This document shows positions 47,340 to 56,919 of a DNA stretch of 64,000 bases, in pieces (the stretch's first letter is position 1; each line of letters opens with the position of its first letter). Made by a program: the position numbers and the translations under genes. The DNA comes from Spirochaetia bacterium. Its GTDB lineage: Bacteria > Spirochaetota > Spirochaetia > UBA9216. The notes under the pieces are model-generated. The model was not told where the DNA came from and did not search any database. It saw nothing but the letters and a program-made list of their open reading frames with translations. Location: assembly GCA_965140585.1 (NCBI GenBank), contig OZ223269.1, positions 576,001 to 640,000 of the forward strand, read 5' to 3'.

Positions 47340-49579
47340 ATGGCAGAGAGTGATAATTACATAAAAATTTTAGATGATTCACCCGATTAAATCGAAACAT
47401 CAGCTTTAAATCTTCCATCAAACGAGTGGAATATTCTTATCGTGGATGATGAAAAAATAATACATTCAGTAACTTAACTTGCAATAGAGTATGAAACAAT
47501 ATTCGGCTCTCCTATTAAACTATACCATACTTACAGTCGTAACCAGGCTCTTGAAATTTTAAAATCCGGGATGGAATTTGCTGTCGCCTTTATAGATATT
47601 GTAATGGAGACAGAAGATGCAGGACTTCTGCTTATAAAAGATATCAGGGAAATGGGATTCAAAGCGGTCCGCTTAATAATAAGAACAGGGCAGCCTGGCT
47701 ATGCACCCGAACGGGATGTCATTATTAATTATGATATAAACGATTATAAGACTAAAGCGGATCTTACAAAACTGAAGCTTCTTACGGTTCTGGTAACTGC
47801 GATACGCTCTTACCGCCAGCTTTTATCGGTAATGAATGCAAGGAAGGGGCTTGAACTTATTGTCAGCGCGTCAGTCGATCTCTTCAGGATGACTAATATT
47901 GAGATGTTTGCAAACGGAATACTCACACAGATTACCAGCCTGCTTGGGCAGCAGACCAGCGGGTTTGTCGCGACTCTTTCTCCTGAAGAAGTAGAAGAAG
48001 ATATAAGAAATTTCAGAATTCTCTGTGCTTCCGGAAATTATAAAAATCTGCTTAAAAAGTCTATGAATGAAATTGATAATTCGCTGATTGAAAATATGTT
48101 TTACCGGACACGCACAGAGGACATTGTATCAGATGATCTTGGAAATATTTCATGAATATACGTACTTCTTATGGTGAAGATGCTTTTGTGTTCATATCAA
48201 GCGGATTTGAATTAACAGATGATAATGTGTCATTACTTAAGGTGTTTGCCACAAATATTTTTGCCTGTTTCAATAACATCAATCTGATCCGCAGACTTGA
48301 TGATTATGCATTTAGAGATATTACTACTGGACTTCCCAACATTAATGCAATCCGAAATAAAATTGATGAGCATATTCAGAAATTACAGCCAAATGTTTCA
48401 CTATGTCTTGTTCATATACAGGGGCTGGGAAAACTCTATAGCATGTTTAACCAGGAGAAATTCAATGAAGTATTTATGGGAGCATATAAATACCTGGAGC
48501 AGCATTTTAAACATGCAACCATGATCGGCAGGATGAGTCTCAGTGATTTTGCAGTGGTTTCTGAAAAGGAGGAAGGATACAGTGAGCAGAAGGCTCTCCC
48601 GAACATTATTACTTATAGTCAGGATAATGAACAATCCATAACTCTGACTACTACCAACGCTATCATAAAGCCTAAAAAAAGCGAAAAACTTTCTGCTGAT
48701 GAAATAATACAGCGTGCTTCTGTTACTCTTATTCATGCAAAAGAAGTTTCAAGAGGTCAAACGGTTGAATATACCGAGGAACTAACCGAATCAGTCTCTG
48801 AATCAATCCATCTTCAATACCAGCTGAGGCAATCGTTCAGTCAGGATTTACCTTTTATCAAGGTTTTCCTGCAGCCAAAATTTAATGCCTCTACAGATGA
48901 AATTATTGGTGCAGAGGCTCTTTCCAGATGGTCTGTAGATACTATGAGCATTTCTCCTAATGTTTTTATTCCGGTAATTGAACAAAGCGGTTTTTCAGAT
49001 AAGCTGATAGATTTAATTATACGGGAAATAGGAATCTGGAATCGAAACAGAGTAAAAGATAAACTTCCTCTTCTTCCGGTCTCGGTAAATTTGAGTATGA
49101 ATGATTTAAAAATACCCGGTTACGCCGAAAGGCTAATTGAAAAGACAGAAAAATATGATGTAAAACCGGAGATGCTGGAGTTTGAGATAACTGAAGGTGT
49201 TCTTATGAGCAATAAGGATCAGACTATAAAAGAATTGCGTAATATAAAAGAGAGCGGTTTTCGAATTGCAATCGATGATTTCGGAACGGGCTTTTCTTCA
49301 CTGAGTTATCTTGAATATCTGCCTATTGATATCCTGAAAATTGATAAGACTTTTGTTGATCGAATTGATTCAAAACATGCGAAACACAGCATTGCATTTA
49401 TGATAATTAATCTTGCAGAGAGCTTGAACCTTGAGGTTATAGCCGAAGGTGTAGAAACATTTGAGCAGGTGCAGATACTTCAGTTTATGGGCTGTGAAAT
49501 ATTTCAGGGATATTATTTTGGTAAACCAGTAAATATATATGATTTTTGCAGGACTTATTCCCAAGAGCCAGACAGTTAA
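47340..49579 (+). pseudogene. REC + DUF3369 + degenerate GGDEF + EAL protein, disrupted
   Basis: From ATG 47340: TAA at 47388 and 47475, WNILIVDDE, DIVME, RTGQPGYAPE; 1-nt frameshift at about 48152; EAL motifs intact (AEAL, EITE, DDFGTGFSSL, KID, EGVE, QGY). Confidence 0.8.
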
Positions 49580-49635
49580 AAGTAAGAGCTTAAATCTACT
49601 TTATTAATCGTTTTATTCAATGTATTCTCTATTTT

Positions 49636-50706
49636 ATGAGCAGGCTTATTGTTTTCACCGGCGGAGGTACCGCCGGACATGTTTATCCCGGCTTGGCTGT
49701 AATTGAAAAGCTTCGCGAGCAGGATCCCGAAGTTGAAGTTTTGTGGATAGGGTCCTCAGGAGGGATGGAAAAAGCTCTGGTTGAAGAAGCCGGTGTCCAG
49801 TTTATAGGAGTACCATCAGGAAAGCTCCGCAGATATTTCTCGTTAAAAAATATCAGCGATCTTTTCAGAATAACTGCAGGTTTTATTAAATCTGTCAGTC
49901 TCCTGAAGAAACTTAAACCCGTTCTGATATTTTCAAAAGGCGGTTTTGTAAGTGTTCCTCCGGTTATTGCCGGAAGTTTTCTCAAAATACCGGTTATTTC
50001 ACATGAATCTGATGTCACACCAGGGCTTGCAACAAAGATAAACAGCAGGTTTTCTGAGAAAATACTTACAGCGTACCCTGTCACTGAAAAATATCTGGCA
50101 GGTTTAAATACTGAAACCGCAGGAAACCCCGTACGAAGCGCCATAAGAAAGGCAGACGCCAAAAAAGGCCGGAGCTGGGCTGCAGCAGGGGAGAGGCCTG
50201 TTATACTAATCCTCGGAGGCAGCCAGGGAGCCTTGCAGATAAATCTTCTGATACAGGAAATTGCAGGGAAGCTTGCAGAAAAATATACAGTAGTTCATCA
50301 GATGGGAAGTCTGACTTTCAAAGCCTCTGAACTGGAAAACTATATAACAAAGGAATTTATAAAAGAAGAACTTCCTGATATAATAGCAGCGGCAGATCTG
50401 GTAATCAGCAGGGCGGGGGCTTCTGCTCTTTGGGAATTTTCAGCGCTTGCAAAACCGATGATTCTTATTCCGCTTGGAACAGCCGGAAGCCGCGGTGATC
50501 AGATTCTTAATGCTGAGATCTTCAGCGAGGCCGGAGCCGCAGAGGTCCTGTCGGGTGAAATACAGGCCGGGGAACTTCTGAAACTTATTGAAAATATCAT
50601 GAGTGATGATTCAAGGCGCAAGATTATGTCTGAAAAATCTGGAGCAATGTCAGCGGGAGACCCTGCTGTGTTAATAGCGAAAAAAATATTAGAAAGGATT
50701 GAATAA
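49636..50706 (+). CDS. murG: MurG N-acetylglucosaminyltransferase
   Basis: TGGGTAGHVYP, GKLRRY, KGGFVS, HESD, GNPVR, GGSQGA, SRAGA, DQ-x2-NA. Confidence 0.96.
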   Translation: MSRLIVFTGGGTAGHVYPGLAVIEKLREQDPEVEVLWIGSSGGMEKALVEEAGVQFIGVPSGKLRRYFSLKNISDLFRITAGFIKSVSLLKKLKPVLIFSKGGFVSVPPVIAGSFLKIPVISHESDVTPGLATKINSRFSEKILTAYPVTEKYLAGLNTETAGNPVRSAIRKADAKKGRSWAAAGERPVILILGGSQGALQINLLIQEIAGKLAEKYTVVHQMGSLTFKASELENYITKEFIKEELPDIIAAADLVISRAGASALWEFSALAKPMILIPLGTAGSRGDQILNAEIFSEAGAAEVLSGEIQAGELLKLIENIMSDDSRRKIMSEKSGAMSAGDPAVLIAKKILERIE

Positions 50707-51206
50707 TGGATATTGGAAGTTTTCACGTATTACCTATAGATATCTTTTTTACAATAGTCATTCTGTTTATGACTATCAAGGCCATAGTCCGGGGATTTGT
50801 TACCGAGTTTATGAGTCTTGCTGCAGTCGGTCTGGGAATAATTCTAGGTGCGCTGCTTTCCGGTCCTCTTGGAGAGTTTATCAGTCAGAAATTCGGACAT
50901 ACAAACTGGAATCAGGTAATAGCATTCTTGCTGATTTTTCTGGTGACTTATATTCTCACAAAGATTTTTGAAAACGGACTTAATGCACTTGTTAACAAAA
51001 TCAATCTGGATAAACTTGATAAATCACTCGGCCTTTTTTTTGGTCTTGCAGAAGGCTTTGCCCTTGTAGTGATTATGCTTTTTATTATCAATATTCAGCC
51101 GCTTTTCAATGTTGAGAAAGTTAAGGCTGAAAGCTGGTATTACAACAGTTTTCAGCAGTTTATTGATGATGGAAGTTCCGCCATCGAGGAGACAATAAAA
51201 GCTTAG
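50706..51206 (+). CDS. cvpA: CvpA (colicin V production) family membrane protein
   Basis: RGFVTEF, LDKSLG-x2-FG; 4 TM segments; synteny with murG. Confidence 0.85.
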   Translation: MDIGSFHVLPIDIFFTIVILFMTIKAIVRGFVTEFMSLAAVGLGIILGALLSGPLGEFISQKFGHTNWNQVIAFLLIFLVTYILTKIFENGLNALVNKINLDKLDKSLGLFFGLAEGFALVVIMLFIINIQPLFNVEKVKAESWYYNSFQQFIDDGSSAIEETIKA

Positions 51207-51212
51207 CTGTTT

Positions 51213-52397
51213 ATGTTTGAAAATATTATCGGCCAGCAAAGAATAGTAGAAAATCTCTCAAGGGCAGTAACGACTGCTTCACTTCCCGGTGCCATCCTTT
51301 TCAGCGGTGACGATTACTCCGGTAAACTTTCCACAGCGCTTGAATTAGGAAGAGTCCTTACCTGTGAACGTGATGCTTCGTGGAGTTGCAGCTGTCACAG
51401 TTGTGAAAGCCACCGGCTCCTCATCCATCCATACACGCAGATACTCGGCAGCAGATACTTCTCTGATGAAATTTCCGCTTGCGGAGATATCCTCAAACAG
51501 AATCAGAATACCTTTGCCAGGTATATGTTTATTCGTTCAGTAAGAAAACTTACCAGGCGTTTTGATCCTGTACTGTGGGAAGGAAATGAAAGTAAATTCA
51601 AACAGGTTTCATCAAATGCCTCTTCATGCGAAGAGATGCTTCGGGAGATCCCTGTTGAGGGCACAATAGATAATACAGAAGCCCTTTCAAAAAAAATTGA
51701 TAAAATTATAAGCGAGGCAGGTAAAATTGCAGACTCCTTTGCTTCGGACAACATTCCGATCGATATGATCCGTAGAATCAACAGCTGGGCCAGAACCTCA
51801 TCTGATTCAAGGAAAGTTGTAATTATTGAAAATGCCGATGCTATGGGTGAAGCATCAAGAAACTCGCTTCTGAAACTTCTTGAAGAACCGCCGTCCGACT
51901 GTTTTTTTATCCTTACAACAGTCAGAAAAGGTGCCATCATCCCGACTATTCTATCGAGAGTAAGAGTTTACGATTTCATACCAAGGAATGAAGAATCCTC
52001 AGTTGAGGTTATACAGCGTATATTCAGGGAGGAAAATCCGGAATATAAATCAATACGTGAATATTTTATCGGACGCAAGGCTGATATGGGCCTTATCAGG
52101 ACTGCCGCTGCTGAATTTGGAAGCCTGATTAGTTCTGAACCCGGATATCAGGAATTTAACAGTTCTAACAGTCTAAAAGAGGTATTCAAGCAGAGAAGAC
52201 TCTTCAACCTGTTCATGGAAGAGCTCTCAATGCTTACAGGGACTCTTCTCAGGCAGGGACGAATTACTGCAGTCCGGGCAGCTTCTGTGAACCGGATTAT
52301 TAAAGAATCCACCGGCAGACGTGATTCCTTCAATCAGTCTACACAGCTTGTTCTTGAAGCTATGTTTTATGATTTGAAAGAACTTACCGCGGTTTGA
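51213..52397 (+). CDS. holB: DNA polymerase III delta-prime-like clamp-loader subunit
   Basis: FENIIGQ, SGK, C-x7-CxCxxC Zn motif, KVVIIENAD, NSLLKLLEEPP, PTILSR. Confidence 0.8.
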   Translation: MFENIIGQQRIVENLSRAVTTASLPGAILFSGDDYSGKLSTALELGRVLTCERDASWSCSCHSCESHRLLIHPYTQILGSRYFSDEISACGDILKQNQNTFARYMFIRSVRKLTRRFDPVLWEGNESKFKQVSSNASSCEEMLREIPVEGTIDNTEALSKKIDKIISEAGKIADSFASDNIPIDMIRRINSWARTSSDSRKVVIIENADAMGEASRNSLLKLLEEPPSDCFFILTTVRKGAIIPTILSRVRVYDFIPRNEESSVEVIQRIFREENPEYKSIREYFIGRKADMGLIRTAAAEFGSLISSEPGYQEFNSSNSLKEVFKQRRLFNLFMEELSMLTGTLLRQGRITAVRAASVNRIIKESTGRRDSFNQSTQLVLEAMFYDLKELTAV

Positions 52398-52409
52398 CGG
52401 AGTGATTAA

Positions 52410-53573
52410 ATGAGGAAATTTCTGTCGCGCGCTCTAAGTATGTTTGAGAAACTCGATAAAAAGCAGATTGAAAAGCTTGTAAAAGAGCTTGCTGCCGAAA
52501 ACGAAATACTCGAAAGCGCCATGCAGTCTATGACGGCCGGAGTGATTGTTGTTAACAAGGAAGGAATAATATCTTTCGCAAACAGGGCTTCCCGAAGAAT
52601 AATACCGCTTTCACGCGGTGAACTCATTGATAATCACTACAATGATGTGATTCTTGACCCGGAAATTAAAAAACTCGTATCAGAAAGTGAGGCTAAGCAG
52701 GAAACTGTACATGATCGAGAGTTTGCCTTTGATGCTGCAGGCGGTGCAAGGATTATCACCTGCAGCATTCTCCCTCTTTTATTACGAAGAGAAATTTCGG
52801 GGAATCTTATATACCTTAAGGATATTACTCAAAGAAAAGTCAATGAAGCCCGTTTAAGGCGTGCTGAAAGTCTGGCCTCACTGACAACCTTTACCGCTGG
52901 TGTAGCCCATGAAATTAAAAACCCGCTTGGCGCAATAGGAATTCATATCCAGCTTATGCAGAAAGCCCTTGCCAGGGATTCAGTTCCGGACCCTGAGTTT
53001 TTCAACCGCAACCTCAATGTTTTAAGTGAAGAAGTTGAGAGGCTTAACAGTATAGTTGTAGATTTCCTGTTTGCTGTTCGGCCTATGGATGTAAATCTCA
53101 AGGATGAATGCCTTAATGAAATACTCACAGATATTTTAAATTTTGTAAAACCTGAGCTTGATGAATCCAACATTGAAATTGAAACAGATTTTGAAGAGGA
53201 TATACCTCTGCTGCAGATAGATGAAAAACTTATTAAGCAGGCAGTTCTTAATATCGTTAAGAACGCAAAAAACGCCATGGAGGGCGGAGGTCATCTGAAT
53301 CTTTCAATAGCTCGAGAAGAAGATTCGGTTGTTCTCAGAGTAAAAGATGATGGTGAAGGCATTCCGGAAGAAAATCTGAATAAAATATTTGAACCCTATT
53401 TTACCACCAAGGATTTTGGTTCAGGATTGGGACTTACTCTTGTTTATAAGATAATAAAGGAACATGACGGAGAGATACAGCTTAAATCAAAGGTTGGAGA
53501 GGGAACTGTTTTTATTCTCAGGTTTCCGGTTCCACAGAAGGAACGCCACTTAATTAGCTGGGATGGAGCTTGA
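52410..53573 (+). CDS. PAS-domain cytoplasmic sensor histidine kinase (Hk2/NtrB-like)
   Basis: AGVAHEIKNPL, NIVKNA, DDGEGI, FEPYFTTK, GSGLGL. Confidence 0.92.
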   Translation: MRKFLSRALSMFEKLDKKQIEKLVKELAAENEILESAMQSMTAGVIVVNKEGIISFANRASRRIIPLSRGELIDNHYNDVILDPEIKKLVSESEAKQETVHDREFAFDAAGGARIITCSILPLLLRREISGNLIYLKDITQRKVNEARLRRAESLASLTTFTAGVAHEIKNPLGAIGIHIQLMQKALARDSVPDPEFFNRNLNVLSEEVERLNSIVVDFLFAVRPMDVNLKDECLNEILTDILNFVKPELDESNIEIETDFEEDIPLLQIDEKLIKQAVLNIVKNAKNAMEGGGHLNLSIAREEDSVVLRVKDDGEGIPEENLNKIFEPYFTTKDFGSGLGLTLVYKIIKEHDGEIQLKSKVGEGTVFILRFPVPQKERHLISWDGA

Positions 53574-53574
53574 T

Positions 53575-54933
53575 ATGGGATTTAATTTACTGATTGCCGA
53601 TGATGAAAAGAATATTAGAGAAGGCCTTGCCATGTCTCTTGAGATGGACGGCTACAATGTCTTCCTCGCTGCTGACGGTCAGGAAGCTCTGAATCTTCTT
53701 AATTCAAAGGATATTGATTTAATAATAACCGACCTGAGAATGCCGGTTGTAAGCGGTCAGGAACTTCTTAAAAAGACAATATCCTCATATCCGGGACTTC
53801 CCGTAATTGTTCTCACAGGCCACGGTACTATTGAAACTGCTGTGACTGCAATGCGTGACGGAGCCTACGACTTCCTCACCAAACCGGTTAACCTCAACCG
53901 CCTGACACTGCTGGTTAAACGTGCACTTGAAGGGCGTGAGCTTGTGCTCGAACACCGTGCTCTTAAAGAGGAAGTTGACAGGCTGAAATCCAAACAGAAA
54001 TATTCACGGATTATCGGTAAAAGCAGCGCAATGATGCGTGTGATGGAGGTTGTTGAGCAGGTTGCATCAACCCGTGCTTCAGTACTGATTACCGGCGAAA
54101 GCGGAGTAGGAAAGGAGCTTATTGCCGATGCAATCCACCAGCTTTCAGACCGTAAGGAAAAACCATTTATTAAGGTTCACTGCGCAGCTCTTTCTGAAAG
54201 CCTTCTTGAAAGTGAGCTTTTCGGTCATGAAAAGGGCGCCTTTACAGGTGCTGTCTCCAGAAAACGAGGACGTTTTGAACTTTCGCATCTGGGTTCCATT
54301 TTTCTCGATGAAATAGGTGAAATTAATCAGTCAACCCAGATTAAAATACTGCGTGTACTTCAGGAAAAAACTTTCGAACGTGTCGGCGGTGAAGAAACCG
54401 TTGAAATCGATACAAGAATCATCTCTGCTACCAACCGTGATCTGAAGTCTGAAATTGAGAAAGGAAATTTCCGTGAGGACCTGTTTTATAGGCTGAATGT
54501 TGTAAATATTCATGTCCCGCCGCTTAGGGAACGGAAAGAAGATATTTCCCTGATGGCTTCGGCCTTCCTCAGGGAATTTGCAGATGAAAACGGCCGTCAA
54601 ATAGATGGTTTTGAAAACAAGGCCAGAGTTGCCATTCATAATTACAGCTGGCCTGGAAATGTAAGGGAATTGCGGAATGCTGTAGAAAGCGCTGTTGTAA
54701 TGTGCAAAGGTGATGTTATAACTGTTGATGATCTTCCGCCTTCAATACTGGAAACGGCAGAAGAAAACTGCATACGAATATGTACCGGGACCTCACTTTC
54801 TGCAGCTGAAAAGCAGATCATTTTAGAGACTCTTAATATGGAACAGGGAAATAAAACTAAAACTGCTGAAATCCTGGGAATCGGGCGGAAAACCCTCCAC
54901 CGCAAGCTGCAGGATTACGATATAGACATTTGA
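53575..54933 (+). CDS. Sigma54-dependent response regulator (Rrp2/NtrC-like)
   Basis: ADDE, DLRMP, GESGVGKE, GAFTGA, FLDEIGE, WPGNVREL, Fis-type HTH. Confidence 0.94.
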   Translation: MGFNLLIADDEKNIREGLAMSLEMDGYNVFLAADGQEALNLLNSKDIDLIITDLRMPVVSGQELLKKTISSYPGLPVIVLTGHGTIETAVTAMRDGAYDFLTKPVNLNRLTLLVKRALEGRELVLEHRALKEEVDRLKSKQKYSRIIGKSSAMMRVMEVVEQVASTRASVLITGESGVGKELIADAIHQLSDRKEKPFIKVHCAALSESLLESELFGHEKGAFTGAVSRKRGRFELSHLGSIFLDEIGEINQSTQIKILRVLQEKTFERVGGEETVEIDTRIISATNRDLKSEIEKGNFREDLFYRLNVVNIHVPPLRERKEDISLMASAFLREFADENGRQIDGFENKARVAIHNYSWPGNVRELRNAVESAVVMCKGDVITVDDLPPSILETAEENCIRICTGTSLSAAEKQIILETLNMEQGNKTKTAEILGIGRKTLHRKLQDYDIDI

Positions 54934-54936
54934 GTT

Positions 54937-55767
54937 CTAAGTCTCGTAATAAAAAGAGCCGGTAAACAGATATTCTGCCGAGCTGGTTATGAAAACCTCG
55001 TTTGTCGGCTGCATCCATTGAAAGAACATTTCGCTCTGTTTGTGATGAATAGCGGTATCCCTGTCAGAAAAACCGTTTAGTACAGAAGCTACAGCAGCTA
55101 TAGCACATGATGAGAGGAAATCGTCATTTCGGCTTTTTCTGATAAACACTTCCAAATCATCACGGCTGTTCACAGTAGCAAAAATAACCTGGGTATCTTC
55201 GGAAAGTTTCTCAGGAATTATTAAATCATCAGCAATTTCTTTCAGCCTTGGAAAGGATCTGTTTTCAGTGTAGATGACAACGCCGGGTTTACCCAGCTGT
55301 ATAATTGTAGAGGGGATCTTTTTACCGCCGGAGGTGAGGCTGACAAGATAGTCCTCCTCCGGACGTTCAATAAGTGGAAGACCGTCTGAATTTAAGGGAT
55401 ATCCAAGGCTTATTCTGAAAAATGTACTGTCAATTACTCCTACTTTATGAAGCCTTCCGTTTATCTCAACTGAAAAATCATTTTTTCCGGAAAATCCTGA
55501 ATCAAAGATATATCTGGCAAGACACATAAGTGCGTCATTTACAACATCCGCAAATTCTCCGGAAGGAGTAAGAAAGCTGGCTTTTACCTTATCAATACCT
55601 TCACTGGTCATTGCAATAAGACCGTTACTTCCTATTCCGTAATCCCTTCGGCATATCTTTCGTGACATTTCTCTGAGTTCGTGGTCTGGAGGAAAAAGTT
55701 CACCCGTAAAGTTTATCAGTATCAGGTCATTACCTGCTGTTTGAAGTTTATAAAAATTCAAATCCAT
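54937..55767 (-). CDS. Diaminopimelate epimerase (DapF)-fold protein lacking both catalytic motifs
   Basis: FYKLQTAGND, CRRDYGIGSNG, LGKP, AEYLFTG align with DapF; CGNG and CGTG motifs absent. Confidence 0.7.
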   Translation of the reverse strand: MDLNFYKLQTAGNDLILINFTGELFPPDHELREMSRKICRRDYGIGSNGLIAMTSEGIDKVKASFLTPSGEFADVVNDALMCLARYIFDSGFSGKNDFSVEINGRLHKVGVIDSTFFRISLGYPLNSDGLPLIERPEEDYLVSLTSGGKKIPSTIIQLGKPGVVIYTENRSFPRLKEIADDLIIPEKLSEDTQVIFATVNSRDDLEVFIRKSRNDDFLSSCAIAAVASVLNGFSDRDTAIHHKQSEMFFQWMQPTNEVFITSSAEYLFTGSFYYET

Positions 55768-55906
55768 TGAAAAATCATAGAGGAGTCATGGTCAAAGATC
55801 AAGCTGAAAAAATAATTATTAAGCGAATGCTGAGTATCATTTAGAGTGTTGACAATAAGGAGCGTGTGACTAATAATTAGGCTGATTTTTAAAATAAGGA
55901 AATACT

Positions 55907-56440
55907 ATGAGTAGAGAATTTATTCTTGATGATGCTATAAGAAAGGTTCCGGATTTTCCCCATGAAGGAATACTGTTTTATGATATCACCAGTATTCTTA
56001 CCAATCCTGAGGCGTTCAGGCATTGTGTAGAAAGTATGGTGACCCTGTATAAAAATAAGAAAATTGATGCTGTTGCAGCCGCCGAAGCCAGAGGTTTTTT
56101 ATTTGCTGCGCCATTCTGTGAGAAGCTTGGTATTCCTTTGATTCTAATAAGAAAAAAAGGAAAGCTTCCCGGAGAGACTCTGACCAAAACTTACGCTCTG
56201 GAATACGGTGAAGACTCTATACAAATTCATAAATCAGATGTTGTCCCTGGAAGTAATGTTCTGCTTGTCGATGACCTGATTGCAACCGGCGGTACACTAA
56301 AAGCCGCCGCAGAACTGCTTGAAGAAGCCGGAGCAAAGGTTAATGAAGCATTCGGAGTTGTAGGGCTGCCGTTTCTCAATTATGAAAAGGTTCTTGAGGG
56401 AATAAATATAACAACCTTAATAAATTACCATAGCGAATAG
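55907..56440 (+). CDS. apt: Adenine phosphoribosyltransferase
   Basis: PDFPHEGILFYDI, EARGF, RKKGKLP, LEYG, VDDLIATGGT. Confidence 0.96.
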   Translation: MSREFILDDAIRKVPDFPHEGILFYDITSILTNPEAFRHCVESMVTLYKNKKIDAVAAAEARGFLFAAPFCEKLGIPLILIRKKGKLPGETLTKTYALEYGEDSIQIHKSDVVPGSNVLLVDDLIATGGTLKAAAELLEEAGAKVNEAFGVVGLPFLNYEKVLEGINITTLINYHSE

Positions 56441-56442
56441 TA

Positions 56443-56471
56443 TTGACACTAACTATCAATTTTAGTAGATT
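56443..56471 (+). promoter_or_regulatory. sigma70 promoter of the tRNA locus
   Basis: TTGACA-17 bp-TAGATT ending 15 bp before tRNA-Gln. Confidence 0.65.
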
Positions 56472-56485
56472 ATGGCAACATAAAT

Positions 56486-56556
56486 TGCCCGATTGTGTAA
56501 TGGTAGCACGACGGATTCTGGTTCCGTTTGTGAGGGTTCGAGTCCTTCTCGGGCAG
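56486..56556 (+). tRNA. tRNA-Gln (CTG)
   Basis: Acceptor TGCCCGA/TCGGGCA, anticodon arm ACGGA-TTCTGGT-TCCGT, GGTTCGAGTCC T-arm; no encoded CCA. Confidence 0.95.
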
Positions 56557-56559
56557 TCT

Positions 56560-56764
56560 AACAAAAGCTGCTATGCAGTTTTTGTTTTGAAGTTTACATG
56601 GTAAACTTCATGGGGTGAGCATGGTAGCTCATTTCTGCAGTTTATTTTTTAAACTGCACCAATTTCCTTTGTTTTTCAGCTTTTGCTTAAAGTTTGTTTA
56701 ACAAACTTCCGGATAATTTATGGATGTTTCCGTAGGAAACTCCAAAAAAATCCTAAGGATTTTT
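56560..56764 (+). other. Tandem array of 7-8 short hairpins filling the tRNA-Gln/tRNA-Glu spacer
   Basis: 8-12 bp stems, mostly 3-nt loops, G-U pairs compatible with the + strand only; see findings. Confidence 0.65.
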
Positions 56765-56765
56765 C

Positions 56766-56837
56766 GGTCCCTTCGTCTATCGGCTAGGACAGGAGATTCT
56801 CATTCTTCAAAGAGGGGTTCGATTCCCCTAGGGACTA
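56766..56837 (+). tRNA. tRNA-Glu (CTC)
   Basis: Acceptor GGTCCCT/AGGGACT, anticodon loop TTCTCAT, GGTTCGATTCC T-arm; no encoded CCA. Confidence 0.95.
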
Positions 56838-56840
56838 AAA

Positions 56841-56867
56841 ACCGGCTTTGTTTGCCGGTATTTTTTT
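56841..56867 (+). terminator. Terminator after tRNA-Glu
   Basis: ACCGGC-TTTGTTT-GCCGGT followed by A-T7. Confidence 0.7.
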
Positions 56868-56874
56868 AAAGAGT

Positions 56875-56913
56875 AATGTATAAATATACATAAATTATGT
56901 ATATTTATAAATC
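56875..56913 (+). promoter_or_regulatory. Tandem ARG boxes (ArgR operator) upstream of carA
   Basis: AATGTATAAATATACATA-AAT-TATGTATATTTATAAATC: two 18-bp ARG-like boxes 3 bp apart. Confidence 0.65.
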
Positions 56914-56919
56914 AGGATT

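Noticed and set aside
56557-56765. CRISPR array, attB/island scar or degenerate tRNA genes in the tRNA spacer
   Set aside because: No identical direct repeats with spacers, no cas or integrase gene, no duplicated tRNA 3' end, no T-loop consensus.
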